Positions 38,288 through 43,028 of a DNA stretch of 43,028 nt are shown here, in pieces; position 1 is the stretch's first letter; the number at the start of each line of letters is the position of its first letter. The notes beneath the pieces are model-generated. The model worked only from the letters and a program-made list of their open reading frames with translations, made no database searches and was not told the origin of the DNA. The DNA is taken from positions 1-43,028 of the forward strand of contig JBHLLP010000029.1 of NCBI GenBank assembly GCA_048885525.1, given 5' to 3'. The translations under genes and the position numbers were made by a program. The stretch is from Candidatus Hermodarchaeota archaeon (GTDB lineage Archaea; Asgardarchaeota; Lokiarchaeia; Sigyniarchaeales; SOKP01).

Positions 38288-39499
38288 TTGATGAAAACAA
38301 GTGAAATCTTAGATTTTGCAATTGATGAGAAAAAGTGTAAATTAAATATTTTCAAATCATATATCTTGTATTTTATTTTAGGAATTCATACAGTTAGAGC
38401 TGTTTATTATGCATTTAGTACAGAATGGGGCGGACTTAATTTCTTCGAAATAATGATTTTACAGAGTTATTTTATGTTTATGATTTTTATTTTTGAGATT
38501 CCATCAGGCGCTATAGCTGATTATTTAGGAAGGAAAAAAGCGCTCTCATTGTCAGGTATTTCTTTAGTAGCAGCAGCTACTTTTTATGGTATCTATCCAC
38601 ATATTTTTTTATTTTTTATAGGAGAAACATTTTGGTCATTTAGCATAGCCTTAAGTTCAGGCACTCTAGAAGCATTCTTATATAGCACCCTCAAATTATA
38701 TGGCAAAGAGAATGAACTCTCTAAAATTTTAGGACGAACACAAACATTGAATTTAATAGCCTTAACATTATCAGCTCCACTGGGGTCAATTATAGCTGCA
38801 ACAGTTTCTTTACAATTTACTATGAATTGTTTAGCAATAGTCTATTTTGGAGCTTTCTTAATTACATTAACATTAAAAGAACCTCCATACAGAAATGAAA
38901 AATATTCTAAAAATTATTTAAATATCCTAAAAGAAGGATTTAAAGAACTAAAAAGGAATAAAGTATTAAGAATTTTATGTTTCGACAGGGTAATTATAGG
39001 TGTTTTAATCTATTTTCTTTTTTGGACTTACCAACCCTATCTTCAAGCAGTCAATGTTCCTTTACTATTATTTGGTTTTATAACTTCTTTAATGAATATT
39101 ACAAATGCAGTATTTATGAATTTAATCCCAAAATTATTTAAGAGTATTAAAAAGAAAGCCATGCTTTTAATATTGATTGATTTAATTAACGGATTTGCCT
39201 TTATTCTATTAGGTTTAACTTTGAATCCAATATTAGGAATATTTATTATTTTAATTATAGTGGGATTTGGATATCCAAGATTTTTAATTTATGTTAAGGG
39301 AATAAATAAACAAATCGAATCCGAAGATAGAGCAACTGTACTTAGCACGATTAACATGTTTGGAAGTTTAATAATGGCAATCATATATCCGTTTGTTGGT
39401 ATAATTGTGATGTGGAATCTTTTTGCTGTTTTTATAGTAATAGGTGCAATGATATTAACTCTCACCTTAACAACTCGAGTAAGAAGTGAATATCTTTAG
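38288..39499 (+). CDS. MFS transporter
   Basis: About 12 TM; FEIPSGAIADYLGRKKAL (motif A), SGTLEAFLY, RATVLS. Confidence 0.9.
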   Translation: MMKTSEILDFAIDEKKCKLNIFKSYILYFILGIHTVRAVYYAFSTEWGGLNFFEIMILQSYFMFMIFIFEIPSGAIADYLGRKKALSLSGISLVAAATFYGIYPHIFLFFIGETFWSFSIALSSGTLEAFLYSTLKLYGKENELSKILGRTQTLNLIALTLSAPLGSIIAATVSLQFTMNCLAIVYFGAFLITLTLKEPPYRNEKYSKNYLNILKEGFKELKRNKVLRILCFDRVIIGVLIYFLFWTYQPYLQAVNVPLLLFGFITSLMNITNAVFMNLIPKLFKSIKKKAMLLILIDLINGFAFILLGLTLNPILGIFIILIIVGFGYPRFLIYVKGINKQIESEDRATVLSTINMFGSLIMAIIYPFVGIIVMWNLFAVFIVIGAMILTLTLTTRVRSEYL

Positions 39500-39587
39500 C
39501 TAAAGAACATAGACTCTGGGATTAAATTAGATTGATTTAAATTAATTTATACAAATTACTTTTTATTTCTTTTTTTAATTAAAAATT

Positions 39588-39953
39588 CTAATCTGGTAAT
39601 GTTATTATGAAAGTACTACCTTTTGTATAATCGTCTTTTATTCTATTTTCAACCCAAATTTTTCCATTTAAAGATTCAATTATTTTACTGACTAGAGAGA
39701 GTCCTAATCCCATTCCCTTAGTACCCTTCAGTTCTCTATTACCTCGCTTGAATATAATTTCCTTCCTCTCATCTGGTACTCCAATCCCATTATCAATGAA
39801 TTCAATTTTATTATACGTCTTATCATTAATTTGAATTTTAGAGACTTCTATTGTAATAATTATCTCAGAATTTTCATCATATTTTACAGAATTAAGCAAA
39901 ATGTTTTCAAAAACATCTTGTAGAATCTCATTGGCATTTAAAATCTTAATTTC
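39588..39953 (-). pseudogene. Orphan HATPase_c fragment of a histidine kinase
   Basis: ANEILQDVFENILLNSVKY (N box), DNGIGV (G1), IF (F), GMGLGL (G2), GKIWVE, GSTFII.LP. The frame is closed upstream by TGA at 39956-39954. No HisKA or sensor domain, and no start codon ahead of the N box. Confidence 0.75.
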
Positions 39954-40020
39954 TCAGAAGGTTCATAAAATTTAAAATAACATATTTATTTCATTTATCA
40001 ACTTTTTTAATTTTTCAAAA

Positions 40021-41250
40021 ATGGATATTTTGATGGATTATATATCAAAAATAGCTATTCAAAGGATAAAAAATGATGATATAAAAACGGCTGTTTTTAC
40101 AGCGCTTGAGATGATAAATGCCCAAAAATTAATGAAAAAAGAGGACATGACTGTAATGATAAAACCAAATATATTAATGGGTAAACCACCTGAAAGAGCT
40201 GTTAATACACATCCAGAAGTAGTAAGATTTGTAATTCAATGGGTAAAACAATTTAATCCTTCAAAAATTTATGTATGTGATTCATCTGGAGGACAAAAAC
40301 CGGGCATTACAAAGGTTGCAATGAAAGATAGTGGTATTTTAACAGTTTGCGAGGAAGAAGAAGCAGAATGTGTTCCTTTTGAAAGAACTACAATAGAACA
40401 GTATAAAGTTCCAGAACCTCTTGAATTAAAAGAATTTGCTAGTTCACGGTTGATTAAAGATGCTGATATTATAATCAATATACCTAAAATTAAGACACAC
40501 TGGCAATGCATTCTTACTTGTTGCATTAAAAATATGTTTGGAATAATATTATTAGGGAATAAAGCTAAAATTCATGGACAATTTCCTAAATTAGACAGAT
40601 TTAATGCTGCTTTGACGGATATTTATTCAGTTTCTAAGCCACAATTAACTGTAATAGATGGTTTTTTCTGTCAAGAAGGAAATGGGCCAACTAAAGGTGA
40701 GGTTGTTAAATTAGATCTGATTTTAGCGGGTTATGATGGTGTTGCTTTAGACACAGCTGTCTGCAAAATTATTGGTTTTGATCCAAAAGAGATATTATAT
40801 TTAACAAAAGCAGAACAAAAGAAACTCGGAACTACTAATTTAGAAAATGTGGAGATTCTAGGAGAAAAGATTGAAGATGTTTTCCATGAATTTAAACGAC
40901 CTAAAAGACGTTCGATATCAGTGCCATTGCCGAGATGGTTATCAAATTACATAGGTGATACAATTTTTAAACCAACAGTTAAATTCAATGGTAAGTGTAA
41001 ATTATGTAATACATGCTGGAGTAACTGCCCTACGGGAGCTATAACAAGGCCAAGCCTATTCAAGAAAATAAGCACACCAAAATGGAATAAAAAACAATGT
41101 ATAGGATGTTATTGTTGTGTTGAATTATGCCCACACGAGGCTATTAGTTTTAAGATTAATTATGTTAAAAATGCAATATTCTCATGGTTATGTATTGGTT
41201 TAATTTCGATCATAGCTATTTTAATATTATTAATTATTTGGATTTTCTAA
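40021..41250 (+). CDS. DUF362 protein with 2x[4Fe-4S] ferredoxin domain and C-terminal TM
   Basis: IKPN, THPEV, INIPKIKTH, T..IKNMFG, IDG...EGNGP..G, D.VALD; CKLCNTC...CP and CIGCYCC.E.CP; hydrophobic C-terminus. Confidence 0.9.
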   Translation: MDILMDYISKIAIQRIKNDDIKTAVFTALEMINAQKLMKKEDMTVMIKPNILMGKPPERAVNTHPEVVRFVIQWVKQFNPSKIYVCDSSGGQKPGITKVAMKDSGILTVCEEEEAECVPFERTTIEQYKVPEPLELKEFASSRLIKDADIIINIPKIKTHWQCILTCCIKNMFGIILLGNKAKIHGQFPKLDRFNAALTDIYSVSKPQLTVIDGFFCQEGNGPTKGEVVKLDLILAGYDGVALDTAVCKIIGFDPKEILYLTKAEQKKLGTTNLENVEILGEKIEDVFHEFKRPKRRSISVPLPRWLSNYIGDTIFKPTVKFNGKCKLCNTCWSNCPTGAITRPSLFKKISTPKWNKKQCIGCYCCVELCPHEAISFKINYVKNAIFSWLCIGLISIIAILILLIIWIF

Positions 41251-41328
41251 TAATTGCTCATTTGAAATTAGATAAAATATTAGTATTTATAAAAAAATAA
41301 GAAAAAAAAAAATAATTAAAAAGGAGGA

Positions 41329-41574
41329 TTATCCTCCTCCTATTGGCGGAAAAATTGAAATTGTATCTCCATCTTTAAGAATTGTCTTAACATCTTTATG
41401 TGGTCTCCCATTAACCAATATAATTGCTCTTCTCTCATCTTGTGGGATATTGTATTTATCAAATAACACTTTAACTTTACTAGATTCTGGAATATTCAGA
41501 ATTTCTTTATCTGGTCCATATTCTCGTAATGTGGCAAAAAATTTGACTGTTACTGAAATTGTATTGTTATTCAT
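41329..41574 (-). CDS. moaD: MoaD/ThiS/SAMP-type ubiquitin-like sulfur carrier
   Basis: VKFFATLRE...ILVNG...LKDGDTISIFPPIGGG. ATG 41574 with an AAGGAG RBS is preferred over the track start at 41646. Confidence 0.85.
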   Translation of the reverse strand: MNNNTISVTVKFFATLREYGPDKEILNIPESSKVKVLFDKYNIPQDERRAIILVNGRPHKDVKTILKDGDTISIFPPIGGG

Positions 41575-41851
41575 CTCCTTCCCGCTTAAAATACCATTTG
41601 TATAATAAACCCATATTTCTAGGGAATAATGCCACAGTATCACCATTTTTTACTTCTTTCATTAGTCCAGAAAAACTACCATTGACAAATATATGGCTAA
41701 CATCTTTTTCTTCAATGTTTAACTTTTCTAGAATATCTGTTATAAGTTTTATTTCTGAATCCGTAATATTGAAACGTAAGGGAGCAGTTCCTGAAATTTC
41801 TGGTTTCACTTTCCTCCTTAAATCTCCAAATAACTTCAGTTGGATTATCAT
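41567..41851 (-). CDS. MoaD/ThiS-like beta-grasp protein lacking the C-terminal di-Gly
   Basis: LKLFGDLR...IFVNG...VKNGDTVALFP, then RNMGLLYKWYFKREGDE instead of PP.GG. Confidence 0.8.
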   Translation of the reverse strand: MIIQLKLFGDLRRKVKPEISGTAPLRFNITDSEIKLITDILEKLNIEEKDVSHIFVNGSFSGLMKEVKNGDTVALFPRNMGLLYKWYFKREGDE

Positions 41852-41870
41852 AGTTTATTTCTTATTTATG

Positions 41871-43028
41871 TTAAAAAACACTATCCAAATCACCATCTGG
41901 TACATCGAAAACCGTATTATGTGGTGGAAGCTTCTCTTCCATAAAGAATTCTGGAAGTCTATCATGAACAGGAGTGAATCCTGCTTTTTTATTGAATTCT
42001 AATTCTTTATCGATTATTTCTTTTCCAATTCTTCCAACATCATCTGTTGTATAATTTGTACCCATAACTCCATTAAGAGATTCTACAATGCCTTCTAATC
42101 CTGACGCGATATCAAGAATTGCAAAAGCCACAAACAAACAATATCCTGTGTAGTCTAAGAATGCTGTAGCTATTTGCAAATTACGAGAGACTTCTGCTTT
42201 TTCAGGACTCAATGGATCTAATTCTCCTCCCACTCCTAAAATTTCTGGAGCGATAGCATAACCAGCTGTATGATCTGCGCCCATAGGTGTAGTTGCATAA
42301 GTTACACCAATTCCTTTCACAGCTCGTGGATCGTATGCAGGTAATCCTTGACTTTTGACTGTGGGAATCCTTGTTACTCCAAAAATCTTGCCGGTGATTT
42401 CTGTTCCATTGGATAGTATCTTCCCCGTAGGCGTTCTTTTACGAATTTCATCCATAAGTTTTAATGCGCCCTTACCATCTCCAAAATTAATTAACTTACC
42501 CTCCATAGCTACACCTATAGTATCTCCCATTTCGATAGTGTCAACACCTAAATCATTACAAGCACGATTGAGTTCCCCCACATCATCCAAATTATATATC
42601 CCACAATTAGCACCTAATGCCCATACAGATTCATATTCTAAAACTCCAACTGGGTCTTTCCCACCAGGTTTCGTCCAAACTTCTGAACATTGAATAACAC
42701 ATCCGGGACTACAGAAATGTGGACGAACTCCTCCTCTCTTCTTAATTTCTTCTGCTTTTGCCTCGCCTGATATTTTTTCAGATCCATCATCTTGACCACT
42801 TGAAAAATTCCTCTGTGGTAACCCACCAGCTTCATTCATAATATTAACTAGAACACTTGTTCCATAAGAATTTAAGGCTCCTTCTGGTTTAGTAACATCA
42901 TGTTCATTGAGAGCATCACCTAACTTTGCATTACCTTGATTAAATAATTCTTCATTAGCAATTTCCACTCCTGGTGCGCCAGTTTCATCAACAACAATAA
43001 ACTTTAATCCTTTAGATGCCATTACAGC
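41871..43028 (-). CDS. aor: Aldehyde:ferredoxin oxidoreductase (AOR family), C-terminal part; start lies beyond the window
   Basis: AVMASKGLK, YGT, LP.RNF, C.PGC.IQC, EYES..ALG, C..LG.DTI..G, PAYDPR, GADH, DRLP..F. Confidence 0.9.
   Translation of the reverse strand, partial: AVMASKGLKFIVVDETGAPGVEIANEELFNQGNAKLGDALNEHDVTKPEGALNSYGTSVLVNIMNEAGGLPQRNFSSGQDDGSEKISGEAKAEEIKKRGGVRPHFCSPGCVIQCSEVWTKPGGKDPVGVLEYESVWALGANCGIYNLDDVGELNRACNDLGVDTIEMGDTIGVAMEGKLINFGDGKGALKLMDEIRKRTPTGKILSNGTEITGKIFGVTRIPTVKSQGLPAYDPRAVKGIGVTYATTPMGADHTAGYAIAPEILGVGGELDPLSPEKAEVSRNLQIATAFLDYTGYCLFVAFAILDIASGLEGIVESLNGVMGTNYTTDDVGRIGKEIIDKELEFNKKAGFTPVHDRLPEFFMEEKLPPHNTVFDVPDGDLDSVF

Noticed and set aside
1239-42835. 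Short antisense or overlapping ORFs in the track (e.g. 1239, 1906, 2309, 4943, 5153, 5735, 11726, 20244, 20701, 31168, 36482, 41559, 42355)
   Set aside because: They overlap well-supported genes, mostly on the opposite strand, and have no motifs; treated as shadow ORFs.

Overview
AT-rich chromosomal window that most likely comes from an Asgard archaeon (Lokiarchaeia/Promethearchaeota-like). This is an inference from an HMf-type archaeal histone, a RING-H2/TPR protein, two tandem Roadblock-small GTPase fusions, surface proteins with I(P/S)GY-TM-basic 'Loki-CTERM'-type tails, GGTGA/GGAG ribosome-binding sites and poly-T terminators. Housekeeping and metabolic genes include pepD, ppa, thiC, thiD, thiN, a Nudix hydrolase, an LLM oxidoreductase, a GNAT, an MFS transporter, a DUF362-ferredoxin and an AOR-MoaD operon. 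No rRNA, tRNA, CRISPR array or transposase was recognised. The best candidates for new biology are: (1) an ~8 kb block between thiC and thiD where one membrane-anchored wHTH-2TM module occurs twice, once fused behind an extracellular beta-helix domain and once translationally coupled to an orphan solute-binding protein, with a shared 37-bp upstream motif in the block (a candidate modular transmembrane one-component signalling system); (2) a tandem pair of Roadblock + Rab-like GTPase + pseudo-GTPase proteins divergent from a RING-H2-TPR gene; (3) a bPH-domain/XRE-HTH membrane regulator operon with an ABC exporter. Several genes or gene ends are missing from the ORF track because they lack ATG/GTG/TTG starts, and three gene remnants are present. 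All family assignments come from motif recognition by eye, not from database searches.
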